Assembly (NCBI GenBank): GCA_963708075.1
Contig: OY970194.1
Coordinates: forward strand, 1,504,001 to 1,568,000
Reading direction: 5' to 3'
Length of the DNA stretch: 64,000 bases
Source of the DNA: Sedimentisphaerales bacterium
GTDB taxonomy: Bacteria > Planctomycetota > Phycisphaerae > Sedimentisphaerales > Anaerobacaceae
Positions 18,562 to 28,122 of the stretch are shown piece by piece. The position numbers were made by a program, and so were the translations under genes. The notes below the pieces were generated by a model that was not told the origin of the DNA, ran no database searches, and saw only the letters and a list, made by a program, of their open reading frames with translations. The first letter of the stretch is position 1; each line of letters opens with the position of its first letter.

Positions 18562-20385
18562 ATGAACAAGCAACGTACATACCTATTTGGCGGCTCACGC
18601 ATCGGCGGGCCTCGGGCACGAGCTTCCAGCGGCATCCTACGCTGGGTCTGGAGTTTCCTGACGATAGCCGTGCCGGGAAAGACGCCGTGGACTGCGGGCC
18701 TGATCGGCTTCGTGACATTCTTCGGCCTTGCGGGCGTTTGTGCGGCGGCCGAGTCCGGCGGCACGGCGGCTAAGGCCGCTCCACAGGCGACCAAGCCTGC
18801 AACCAGTAGCCAGGCGGCTGCACCTTCAGCGGGTCTCCGCGACCCACAGGCTTACATGCAGGAGCTGGCGGCGAAACTCCATCCATCGACCGACAAAGAT
18901 GTGCTCCTCAAGGGGACTGCTTCACAAGCGAACGGCTCTACTCAGCAAGGCCCGGCGACGGGGAAATCGCCGGCCGGCCGGGGCATGAGTCCATCATCGC
19001 CCGTCATCACGGCACAGGTGCTCCAGCCGGGACTCGACGGCAAGAAGGGCAAAGCGGCGGAGAAAGACACCCCTGCGCCCACGCGATTTATGTCTTTTTG
19101 GGATGATCCGTCGCTCAAGAGCGATCCAGGGGCGAACCTGATCATGGCATCGGAAACATCCGCGGCCGAAGAGAAATCTTCGTCGGCAGGACCGGTCGCC
19201 AATCAGCCGGCCCCGGCAACTCCGGCCGACCCGCGGGAGGAAATCCTCGGGCCGTTGGGCGTGACACTTGCTTCCATGAAGCCGGGGGTGACGCTGTCGT
19301 CGGACCCGAGCTTGATCCCGCCACCGGGATCCTCGGCGGCTAACTTCGCTGCGAAAGTGACGGCCGACGGTGCGACGCAGGCGAAAGTCGAGGACGAGAA
19401 AGAAGCCGAGAAAGCGGAAAAAGAACCCTGGTCCCTGGGAACGGACCTCGATAAGTATCGGGCTCACGCGGTCCGCGAGGGCTCGCGGGATTCCGGGCAG
19501 AATATCAAGAAGGCATTCGAGCGGGCGGGATTGACCCTGGAGGATGGGGCCAACGTGTTTTTGTTGGGGTATGCGTCGGACCGGGGACAGCCGTTCAGGG
19601 CCAACGATGGGAAGGGGCTGCTGGATGAGCCCGGCAAGGTGCCGCAGCGGGCGGGAGACGCGGTGGGCAATGCGGGCCTGGGGCTGTACTCTGTGGCGGA
19701 CCTGATTCTGCTCAATGGGCTGCGCGACCCGATGACGGCCGCCTATGGGGACAACCATCCGGTGGTCCGGCCGCTCGTGTTCACCGGGCGGATGGTCGGC
19801 GGGGTCTGGAAGACCACGGAAGAGGTCGGCAATGCGGTCACGTGGGGGTACTTTGACAATTTCACCGGGACCATTGGGCTGTGCATTGAGGATATTCTGG
19901 AGTTGCTGAAAAACGCGGGCGAGGCGGTGACGAATATCGCCAGGGCGCCGGTCCAGTTGGTCGCCGGGAAGAACGAAGGGACGGAGCGGGCGATGGACTG
20001 GGTGCTGCTGGTGCCCCTGGAGTTCATCAGCAATGCGACGGAGATGAAGGGCTTCGCGAATATGCAGGATTATCAGGCGGCGTTCGAGGATAAGGGCGTC
20101 ATCGGATCCGTGGTCGAGCTGGGTGGGTCCAGTTTCCTGGTCTATCGCGGCGCCGAAGAGCTCGCCGACAGGCTGGATAACAAACATCACCACCGGCGCT
20201 GCGCCACCGCAGAGCCCGACGATCCTGGAACTCCTGACGTGCCACCCGACCCGGGCACACCACCCCCGCCACCGCCACCGGATGTAGTCTTTCTCCTCGA
20301 TGGCATGTGGCCGGTAGAGGGCGGATCGCCGGGTGCGATTCTCATCGACGGAGTTTGGACAACGATTAAAACCTGGCGGGAGTAA
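18562..20385 (+). CDS. Hypothetical exported/membrane protein (low-complexity N-half, Pro-rich C-terminus)
   Basis: Long ORF with GC3 bias; hydrophobic segment AGLIGFVTFFGLAGVCAAA; no family recognised. Confidence 0.7.
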   Translation: MNKQRTYLFGGSRIGGPRARASSGILRWVWSFLTIAVPGKTPWTAGLIGFVTFFGLAGVCAAAESGGTAAKAAPQATKPATSSQAAAPSAGLRDPQAYMQELAAKLHPSTDKDVLLKGTASQANGSTQQGPATGKSPAGRGMSPSSPVITAQVLQPGLDGKKGKAAEKDTPAPTRFMSFWDDPSLKSDPGANLIMASETSAAEEKSSSAGPVANQPAPATPADPREEILGPLGVTLASMKPGVTLSSDPSLIPPPGSSAANFAAKVTADGATQAKVEDEKEAEKAEKEPWSLGTDLDKYRAHAVREGSRDSGQNIKKAFERAGLTLEDGANVFLLGYASDRGQPFRANDGKGLLDEPGKVPQRAGDAVGNAGLGLYSVADLILLNGLRDPMTAAYGDNHPVVRPLVFTGRMVGGVWKTTEEVGNAVTWGYFDNFTGTIGLCIEDILELLKNAGEAVTNIARAPVQLVAGKNEGTERAMDWVLLVPLEFISNATEMKGFANMQDYQAAFEDKGVIGSVVELGGSSFLVYRGAEELADRLDNKHHHRRCATAEPDDPGTPDVPPDPGTPPPPPPPDVVFLLDGMWPVEGGSPGAILIDGVWTTIKTWRE

Positions 20386-20411
20386 TTCCAGACAACACAT
20401 GTCAGCCAAAA

Positions 20412-20486
20412 TCGGGGCGAGTGGATTCGAACCACCGACCTCTTGGTCCCGAACCAAGCGCTCTAGCCAAGCTGAGCTACGCCCCG
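20412..20486 (-). tRNA. tRNA-Pro (CGG)
   Basis: Reverse complement CGGGGCGTAGCTCAGCTTGGCTAGAGCGCTTGGTTCGGGACCAAGAGGTCGGTGGTTCGAATCCACTCGCCCCGA; anticodon loop TTCGGGA; CCA not encoded. Confidence 0.97.
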
Positions 20487-20501
20487 GTCACCGAAAGGGT
20501 T

Positions 20502-20530
20502 AAGATAACATTATCGGCGAAGGAGTGCAA
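20502..20530 (-). promoter_or_regulatory. Putative sigma70 promoter of tRNA-Pro
   Basis: TTGCAC-17 nt-TATCTT just upstream of the tRNA. Confidence 0.55.
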
Positions 20531-20531
20531 G

Positions 20532-22923
20532 TTATAACAGGTTCACCGGGTCAATATCAATAGCAATTTTTACAGCGGGTCGAATTGGCTTGTCGGACCG
20601 GAGGATGGTGAAGAGCTGTCGCATGCTGCCGGCGTCGGGGGTCTGGACGATGATCTGGATGCGGTGGAATCGCTCGATGCGACTGATTACGGCGGGCATC
20701 GGGCCGCGGATTTTCGCGTGCAGCCGCTGCTGCTGGACGATGGCATCGAGCCGCTGCCGCAGGGCGTTGGCCGCCGCCTCCAGCTTCTCGTACTTCTGAT
20801 CCCGCAGCACAACGATCGCCAGCCGCCAGCTCGGCGGCAGGTCGCACGCCTGCGCGGTGCTTCATCTCCTCCCGCACGAACCCCTCGAAATCCTGCACCA
20901 TCGCGAACTTGACCGCCGGCTGCTCCGGAAAGTACGTCTGCACGAACACGACGCCCCTTTTCTCGGACCGCCCCGCCCTGCCGGCCACCTGCGACGTCAG
21001 TTGAAACGTCCGCTCATTCGCCCGAAAGTCCGGCATATACAGGCACGTATCCGCGCTGACCACGCCGACCAGCGTCACGTTGGGAAAGTGCAGCCCCTTG
21101 GCCAGGATCTGCGTCCCCGCCAGGATATCGATCTTCCCCTGCCCAAACTCCCTGAGCAGCCGATAGTAATCCTGGCTCGCCATCGAATCGCTATCCACCC
21201 GCGCGACCCGCGCCTGCGGGAACCTGCGTCGCCAGCTCCTCCTCCAGCCGTTGCGACCCGACGCCGATCATGGTCATCCGCTTGCCGCACAGCGGGCAAT
21301 CCCGCGGCACCAGCGTCTGGGCCATGCAATAATGGCACATCGCGTACCCCTGCTCCATATGCTTGCCCGTGACCGTAGTCATATGTCGCCGAGCGGCGTC
21401 GGCGTCTTGTGAAACGTCAGCGACGCATCGCAATTTCGGCACTGCAGCGTGTGCTTGCATGACGAGCAGAACACGAAATTGCTGTACCCGCGCCGGTTCA
21501 GCAGCAAAATCGCCTGTTCCTTTCTCGCCAGCATCTGCGGCAGCTGCTCCACCAGCGGCGCGCTCAGCAGATCCAGCGGATGCTCCTTCAGCGCTGCTGT
21601 CCCGCATATCCACCAGCCTCATCTCCGGCATGGGCAAGTCCATCACCCGCTTCGGCAGCCGCACCAGCGAAAAGCTCTCCCGCGTTTGGCAGTTGTGCAG
21701 CGTCTCCAGCGACGGCGTCGCACTTCCCAGCACGCAATGCGCCCCGGCAAGCTGGGCCCGTTTGATCGCCACATCCCGCCCATGATATCGCGGCGCCGTA
21801 TCCTGCTTATAGCTCGGCTCGTGCTCCTCATCCACGACGACCAGCCCCAGCGTTCCGACCGGCGCAAAGATCGCCGATCTCGCCCCGATGACCACGTCCG
21901 ATCTCCCCCGCCCTGATCTTCTGCCACTGCTGGTTTCGCTGACCCGGACGTCAAACCCGAATGCAGCACCGCGACTCGCTCAAACCGGGCACTGAATCGC
22001 TGCACCGTCTGTGCGGTCAGCGCAATCTCCGGCAGCAGCACGATCGCCGCCTTGCCCTTGCGCACGACCTGCTCGATCGCCCGGATATAGAGCTCGGTCT
22101 TGCCGCTGTCGGTCACGCCGTGCAGCAAGGTCACGCCGAATCGCCCGGTATCGATCTGCCGCGAGAGATGGTCCATCGCATTGCGCTGGTCCTCATTGAG
22201 CGTAACCTCCTCCGCCTCGCTGCTCATCCCCTCAGGCACGACCGGCAGATCCCGTGAGCACCTTCTTCTCCACGATCCGGATGACCTGCTCATCGGCCAG
22301 GTTCTTGATCGTCGCCACGCGGCAATCGGCCTCCGTCAGCAGTTCCTCCAGCCCGACCGCCGACTCCGGCGGAGACCGCCTGACGCTTCCGCAGTACCGC
22401 CACCAGCTTCCTTCTTCTTCGGCCCTTTGACCGCATCCAGGACTTCGTCCGACATGGCCAGGTAAACATACCGCCGCCTCTTCACCCCCGCCCCTCGCTT
22501 CACCGCCCCCGGCACCATCGCCGACAGCACCTGCCCCAGCGGGCAGACGTAGTAATCGCTGATCCACCCGGCCAGTTCCATCAACTGCGGCCCCAGCAAA
22601 GGCTCCTCATCCACCACGCGCCTGACGGACTTGAGCCCCCCGCCTTCGCCCTTGCCGCCAAAAGCCCTCTCCGCCGGCACATCCGACTCGACGCAAAAGC
22701 CCATCTCCAGCTTGTTGCTCTTGCCGAACGGCACCTCGACCCGCCGCCCCACCTCGATCGGCCAGAACTCGTCCGGCACAAGGTAATCGAACTCGGCGTC
22801 CGCCCCCGACGACTCCACCGCCACCCGGATCACATGCGAGCCGCAAGGCTCCTCAGCCTTCCGACGCGAGAAATCGTCCGACGTATCCACGAACAGACTT
22901 GACGTTACTTCTTTACCAGCCAT
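20532..22923 (-). CDS. priA: Primosomal protein N' (appears split by many indels, probably sequence errors)
   Basis: Fragments across frames: FDYLVP/RVEVPFG, LHGVTDSGKTELY, LLPEIALT, VDEEHEPSYKQD, LGSATPSLE, Zn-finger Cys pairs, GTQILAKGLHFPNVTLV, QVAGRAGRS, IDIDPVNLL. Confidence 0.92.
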
Positions 22924-23129
22924 AGCTTATAGCGTATTCCTAATACCTCCCGCCCGGGCGATAGAATACCGTTCCGCCCTGCCGCCAGTCAAGCAGAAGT
23001 TGCTCTTGACAGGCAATCGGATAGCAGCCAGGGAAATCGCCGGCTGTGCTACATGAACGAAGTGGACCTGGTGGACGAGGCAAAGCTGGCAGGGCGTCCA
23101 CCGAGTCCACTCCGTCCACATCATCAACC

Positions 23130-23220
23130 TACCTGCTCGATAAACATATCCGCCGCATGGAAAAGGACTTCCTCAAAGACGGCCGCCTCCGCGAACGAAT
23201 GACCCGGGCCCGCCTGGCAG
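23130..23220 (+). pseudogene. Relic C-terminus of a four-helix-bundle suffix domain protein
   Basis: YLLDKHIRRMEKDFLKDGRLRERMTRARLA resembles my recollection of the family consensus YLLDRQIxxLExxFLxEGGLRERMTRARL; flanked by GTGGAC/GTCCAC nonamer repeats. Confidence 0.65.
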
Positions 23221-23645
23221 GCGGACCCATCATTGGCTGCGCCATTTGGGTCCTTTTCGTCCCTTGTGTCCCTTGATTCACTCAGACAGAAACTCTCCTC
23301 TTCGAGAATTTGTCCCAATCTTGTCATTTTTCGATTGCCTACTCTCCGTCTGTCTGCCATCTTGCACCCACGGAAACACCATCGTGTTGTGAGGAATCGG
23401 GAATGTCCGGCACCCGTGAATTATCCAGGTTGGCAACCAGGTATGGTGCCCCTAATAAGGGTGGTCTGGTAAGCCGGCAGAGGCATTTGAAAGAGTTGGT
23501 GTCGACCAATGACTCCTCTCCGAATTGCAGAGTTCTTCATTCCACGATGCCCGTAAATAACAACGAGGCCAAATGCAGTGCGGAAGCCAACTTACGCGAG
23601 TGACGTATGTCTTATTCCGCAAGATCGCAGGAAAGGAGAGAGACT

Positions 23646-24788
23646 ATGCTTTATTATGTCGAGGGGAGCGCCATCCTCACCGAAGAGGAAGTTCTGGAGG
23701 CAAGAACGTTGGAACGATTGTCCACGTTCTATCGTGACTTGGCGGCAGGGAAGAAACCGAAACGGCTGGCTTTCTCGACCGGGGAACTGACGGCGGACAA
23801 TGCTGTTATGGGCCCCGGCCCCAAGGAGACAGCGGTCGAGTGGAAACCGATCGGCCTCGGCTTGCCGTTCACGGTGATGATCAGAGAAGTCTATACGGGC
23901 AAGTTTCCTCAGAAAGGGCTTTTCGGCGGCAAGAAAGGCTTCCTCATCACGTCCGCCATCAAGAGCATTGTCTTTCAGGGTGCGCAGCCGCGCGCGGTCA
24001 ACTACTTAGCGGAAGACATGTCCCCCCGGACACATACGGAGCGTCCCTCCGCAACGTCGCCCGGGACGCCCGTGGTGTTCTACTCGCCGGCCGTAATCGA
24101 AAGATCGTTAACCCTGGACCTCACAATGATATTCGACACCTTCCCTCAGGAGGCGTTCAATCAGGTTGCTGAGGGATTCAACGCTGCGGGGGCTATACCG
24201 GTCTTCCAGGTGTACAGCACCTACATTCTGGCCGCCGGGCAGCTTGTCAAACTCTTTGGAAGAGCAGGCGAGGCCATCTTTGATGGCAAGCCGGCGTTCT
24301 CCTCTTCCGACCCGCTCGACGTCTACCTGCCGGGCTCTCCTCCGCTTCGTGCGGGCTTCCGCCTGATTACCAGCGGGAATGTGGATTCTATCGACAAGGA
24401 TTTCCGCGCCAAGTACCAGATCAACGATCTGGGCAAGGTCGTGGATAGTTCCGGAAACCAATATGATGGCGACGTCCCCTACGTTGTGATCAGCGTTGAC
24501 GGCACTCTGCAGGAAGAGTTGACGTCTTTCGTCCCAAGCGCTGCCGGCACGGCGATCATGTCACGTTTCTTCGGCATCAAGGACGGACAACAACAGCCTG
24601 TGAATATGGTGATCGACGCGATCAAGCTGTACAATGACCTGGAATACCGCCGCGAGGTAGATCGGTTGGACAGGCGACTGAAAGAACTGCCCGCAGGTGA
24701 CCCGGACAGAGTGAACATCGAGAAAAGAAGAAATGCCATGGCCACCAATATCATCGAGGATCTCCTGAAACCCAAGGCAGAGGCATAG
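23646..24788 (+). CDS. Hypothetical cytoplasmic protein (~380 aa)
   Basis: Strong RBS GAAAGGAG before ATG 23646; intact ORF; no family recognised. Confidence 0.8.
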   Translation: MLYYVEGSAILTEEEVLEARTLERLSTFYRDLAAGKKPKRLAFSTGELTADNAVMGPGPKETAVEWKPIGLGLPFTVMIREVYTGKFPQKGLFGGKKGFLITSAIKSIVFQGAQPRAVNYLAEDMSPRTHTERPSATSPGTPVVFYSPAVIERSLTLDLTMIFDTFPQEAFNQVAEGFNAAGAIPVFQVYSTYILAAGQLVKLFGRAGEAIFDGKPAFSSSDPLDVYLPGSPPLRAGFRLITSGNVDSIDKDFRAKYQINDLGKVVDSSGNQYDGDVPYVVISVDGTLQEELTSFVPSAAGTAIMSRFFGIKDGQQQPVNMVIDAIKLYNDLEYRREVDRLDRRLKELPAGDPDRVNIEKRRNAMATNIIEDLLKPKAEA

Positions 24789-24879
24789 AGTCACTGCCAA
24801 GAGAATGAAAGCCGGCTTTTGAATCGACGGTGACGCAGCGAGTTCGTTTGGCCAGAGCCAGACGGACTCGCTGTCAAGC

Positions 24880-25062
24880 CATGGGACAGGTTACGCATTT
24901 CGGGAAGTCGCCGTGCAATGCTCACGACAGCTGCGTCTGCTACCAGAAACTCGAGGACAACATCGAATTCATAAAGACCAAAGGGATCTCCGCTTTCGTG
25001 AAGAGCCAGCAGTCGAAAGAGGAATTGATAGCCGCCATGCTGGACGAATTCAACGAAGGCCG
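24880..25062 (+). pseudogene. Truncated fragment resembling DUF3795-type proteins
   Basis: HDSCVCYQKLEDNIEFIKTKGISAFVKSQQSKEELIAAMLDEFNEGRS ends exactly where the direct repeat at 25062 begins; family call from recall. Confidence 0.45.
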
Positions 25063-25190
25063 ATCATCTTGGATGACATCACTTTTGATAGGGGTGCCGC
25101 ATTGTGGACAGACGATGGCGGTAATGGTACTCTCCGCGGCAGAACCGTGCTATCCGCTGTAAAGCGGCGGAGGGCATGGGGTCCCCAGAC
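25062..25190 (+). repeat. Diverged direct repeat, left copy (right copy 32221-32350)
   Basis: gatcatcttggatgacatcactt identical in both copies, with continued similarity (ccgcattgt...gacag...taatggtactctc). Confidence 0.85.
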
Positions 25191-25208
25191 TTCCGGGCCC
25201 GGACTGTG

Positions 25209-25811
25209 CTAGACTCGCCTCAGCCTGATCCCGGCATAGCCCAGCCCGAGCATACCAAGCAAAGCGGCGCCGGGGAGCGGGACGGGTACAGGAGCCGCCG
25301 GGAAGCTGAAATGGACGGGCAATTCGCCCAGCGCCTGAGGTATGGGATAGAACTGTCCATCGTTCGGATTGTACACCACAGGCCATGCATCAACGTGGAT
25401 CTCACCCAGCCCATGTGCCACGACATCATACGTCCCTCCGACGGGCACATCGGTCCCGGTGGGTCGTACCATCAGCATACAGGTAGCGATCTGCACGTCT
25501 GACATACCCGCATAATCGATAAAGTAATGGCTGGCGATGCTGGAAACATGTACGGCAATGACTGTCGAATCGTCGCCTGGCCCCACAGTCGCAGGATCTA
25601 TCGAAACGCTGTAGTTCCCGTTAAGGACGCCAGTCTTCGATATACTCGCCGAGAAGACCGCCTCGAAATTCGTGGTAATAGTGCCCAATGTTGCGCCGGC
25701 CAATGAGGTTTCGTCGACCCGCTGACAAACGATCTGTGAGAGATCGCCAAAGACAGGCCCGGCGGCCCATACGATCACAGTCGAAATCAGAAAAGCTCTC
25801 CCCAGTCTCAT
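25209..25811 (-). CDS. PEP-CTERM-like (VPLPGA) exosortase target protein
   Basis: Signal peptide MRLGRAFLISTVIVWAAG; C-terminal PVPLPGAALLGMLGLGYAGIRLRRV. Confidence 0.85.
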   Translation of the reverse strand: MRLGRAFLISTVIVWAAGPVFGDLSQIVCQRVDETSLAGATLGTITTNFEAVFSASISKTGVLNGNYSVSIDPATVGPGDDSTVIAVHVSSIASHYFIDYAGMSDVQIATCMLMVRPTGTDVPVGGTYDVVAHGLGEIHVDAWPVVYNPNDGQFYPIPQALGELPVHFSFPAAPVPVPLPGAALLGMLGLGYAGIRLRRV

Positions 25812-26487
25812 TTCCCGCTCCTCCAACCAAATGCTATGTCCGAGCACACTGGCCATGGGCGCAACAAACGGCCCACAGTCACGCAATGTCTCTGTGAATG
25901 CGCTCCATCAGGTGAGTCAATCCACGCATGCCCGCCGGCACTCCGTATGCCGGGGTCGCCCGTCCTTGGGATACTGCTCCGCTTTGCTCCCTAAATAGCC
26001 TCAATTGCCCAAATTGTCAGGTGACGGGTAGCCGATGTCAAGGAGAAAAATAAATTTCTGTGCACTTTTCTCGGATTCGTGGGTGACCCTACGCCCTCCT
26101 ATCAGGCCCCTGTCGCTCTGTTTTTGGTCCTTAACCAAGTTGGAGAAGGAATCAAGGCAGTCTGTCGGCGTATTAGAAGCTTAACGGATCGCAAATAATC
26201 ACTGATCAATTCAAGGGCCCGTGCCCGCCTCGTTGGGACACTTATTCCTTTTTTTCTCTTGCTCGCTCCGCGTCCGGCCGCCATAATGCCCCCAGAGAGA
26301 CACCCTTGATGAAGCTGCGACAATGCTTGAGGTCCAGCCGGCGTGGCCGGATGCGGTGAGGCTGTAATCAGCAGCATCTCCGCGAGATCTCGAGTCACGA
26401 GAGAAGACAAGACAGGGCAATGATGCGATGGGAGACTGTTGCGGTTTCCCTGGCAGCATGTATCAGCCCCATGCGGAGTGGTTTCTT

Positions 26488-28122
26488 ATGAGCATGACCA
26501 CGTTCGACGCTTTTCTCAGTTACAGCCGCAAGGACGGGAAGGAGGCTGCTGCGCTCAAGAAGGAACTTGAGCAGCGTGACCTGCGCATCTGGTTTGATGA
26601 GACTCAGATCGTGCCGGGAGATCGCTGGCAGTCGAAGATGGAGGAGGGCTTCAAGAACTCGAATGCCGTCCTTTATCTGTACGGGCCTTCGGGGACCGGG
26701 CCGTGGCAGGAGGTGGAGCGCTTCCTGGCGCTCACTCTGGAGGTCACGGAGAACAAGAGACTCATCCCCATTCTGCTCCCCTCCGGCAAGACTCCCGACG
26801 ACTTGCCCATGCTCCTGCGGGGACTGGCGTGCGTGAGCTTCGAGAAAAGTGTCTCCGAGCGCGGCGTGCTGGACAGCCTTGTCCATGCGATTACTGGTCA
26901 ACGGCCGGAATCTGCCAAACCGCCGCCACCAGAGCCGGTATCGCCGGAGCCGGTGCCGACGCGAGGCACGAAGGTTGACCCAGGGCTGCGTAGACAAGCA
27001 ATCAGGAACCTTGCGGGGGCGCTCGCATCAGGTCCGGTCACCTTCTTCCTGGGTCCCAACGCGTCACCCGGGCGAGACGACTCCTACCCTCCGTGTGCCA
27101 GTGAGGTCACGGGCCGCCTCATGCGGGAATCTGAGTTGATCAAGGACTGCCCCAAGAATCCCCCGTGCTTTCCCCGAGACGTGGCCTGCGACTACTTCTG
27201 CGTCCAGCAATCCAAGCAACTCCTCGAGGACGAGGTGGCCGCGGTGATCCAGAAACACAGTCGTCAGATCCCGCTTGTATACGAGAAACTTGCAGGCCTT
27301 CTGGCGAAGACGCTCCAGACGAGGGGCACCACTCAGCGACACCACAAGCATCCCCAGCTCGTGGTGACCACGAACTTGGACGTTCTCATGGAACGGGCTT
27401 TGTTGCGACAGCGGATTCCCTTCACCCGGCTCGTCGTGAACTTGACCGAGCGCACGATGGAGATCAACCAGTATTGGGAGGAACAGACACAGAACGGACC
27501 GGAGAAAGGCAAAATCGTGCTCGCTACGGATCTCCGCCAAGACGCGGGTGACGAGAAGCTTGACGAGTTCATCCGCGACCATGGGCGATCTCTTTTCGAC
27601 CCCAGCCACAGGGATGACGAGAGAGAAGGCGACAACTCGCCCGAGGGGCCGGAGGGCCAGCCGATCGTCAGCGAGTTGCCTCCACTCGATCCCGCGCCGG
27701 TCCTGATGAAGTACTGCGGTTCAGTGGACCTGCCGGGCACCTGTACCCTATCGAGCGAACAGGCAATGCAGATCGCTGCCGCGGGGGTGGACATGCCGTC
27801 AGGGATCGGGGCCATAATCAACAACACCCCTTGGCTCTTCCTCGGCTATGGACTTTTCGATCCGGAGTTGCGCCTCCTCTGCCATACCGTGCTGCGAGAG
27901 TCTCGGAACACCCCGGCCAGACAGCGCGACGCCCGCTATGCTGTCCTGCCCCACCCCGCCGACGATCCGTTCGACACGGCGCGCCAGATGGAAATCCCCA
28001 TCTGGGAAAACGTCAAGGCACGCTGGACCGACTGGCGCAGCGGCACGCACTTTGTCGAGTCGCGTATCGACACCTTTCTCGACGACCTCGTGAAGGAACT
28101 CTCCAGGGTGAGCGGCCAATGA
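26488..28122 (+). CDS. TIR domain - SIR2-like domain fusion protein
   Basis: TIR: FDAFLSYSRKD, IWFD, PGDRW, GPWQEVE, LIPILLP; SIR2-like: TFFLGPNAS, LVVTTNLDVLMERAL, LMKYCGS, LFLGYGLFD. Confidence 0.88.
   Translation: MSMTTFDAFLSYSRKDGKEAAALKKELEQRDLRIWFDETQIVPGDRWQSKMEEGFKNSNAVLYLYGPSGTGPWQEVERFLALTLEVTENKRLIPILLPSGKTPDDLPMLLRGLACVSFEKSVSERGVLDSLVHAITGQRPESAKPPPPEPVSPEPVPTRGTKVDPGLRRQAIRNLAGALASGPVTFFLGPNASPGRDDSYPPCASEVTGRLMRESELIKDCPKNPPCFPRDVACDYFCVQQSKQLLEDEVAAVIQKHSRQIPLVYEKLAGLLAKTLQTRGTTQRHHKHPQLVVTTNLDVLMERALLRQRIPFTRLVVNLTERTMEINQYWEEQTQNGPEKGKIVLATDLRQDAGDEKLDEFIRDHGRSLFDPSHRDDEREGDNSPEGPEGQPIVSELPPLDPAPVLMKYCGSVDLPGTCTLSSEQAMQIAAAGVDMPSGIGAIINNTPWLFLGYGLFDPELRLLCHTVLRESRNTPARQRDARYAVLPHPADDPFDTARQMEIPIWENVKARWTDWRSGTHFVESRIDTFLDDLVKELSRVSGQ

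Noticed and set aside
18994..20457. 487 aa minus-strand ORF
   Set aside because: Starts inside the tRNA and is antisense to the better-supported plus-strand gene
20412..20486. tRNA-Pro as integration site of a prophage or island
   Set aside because: No integrase and no duplicated tRNA 3' end found in the window
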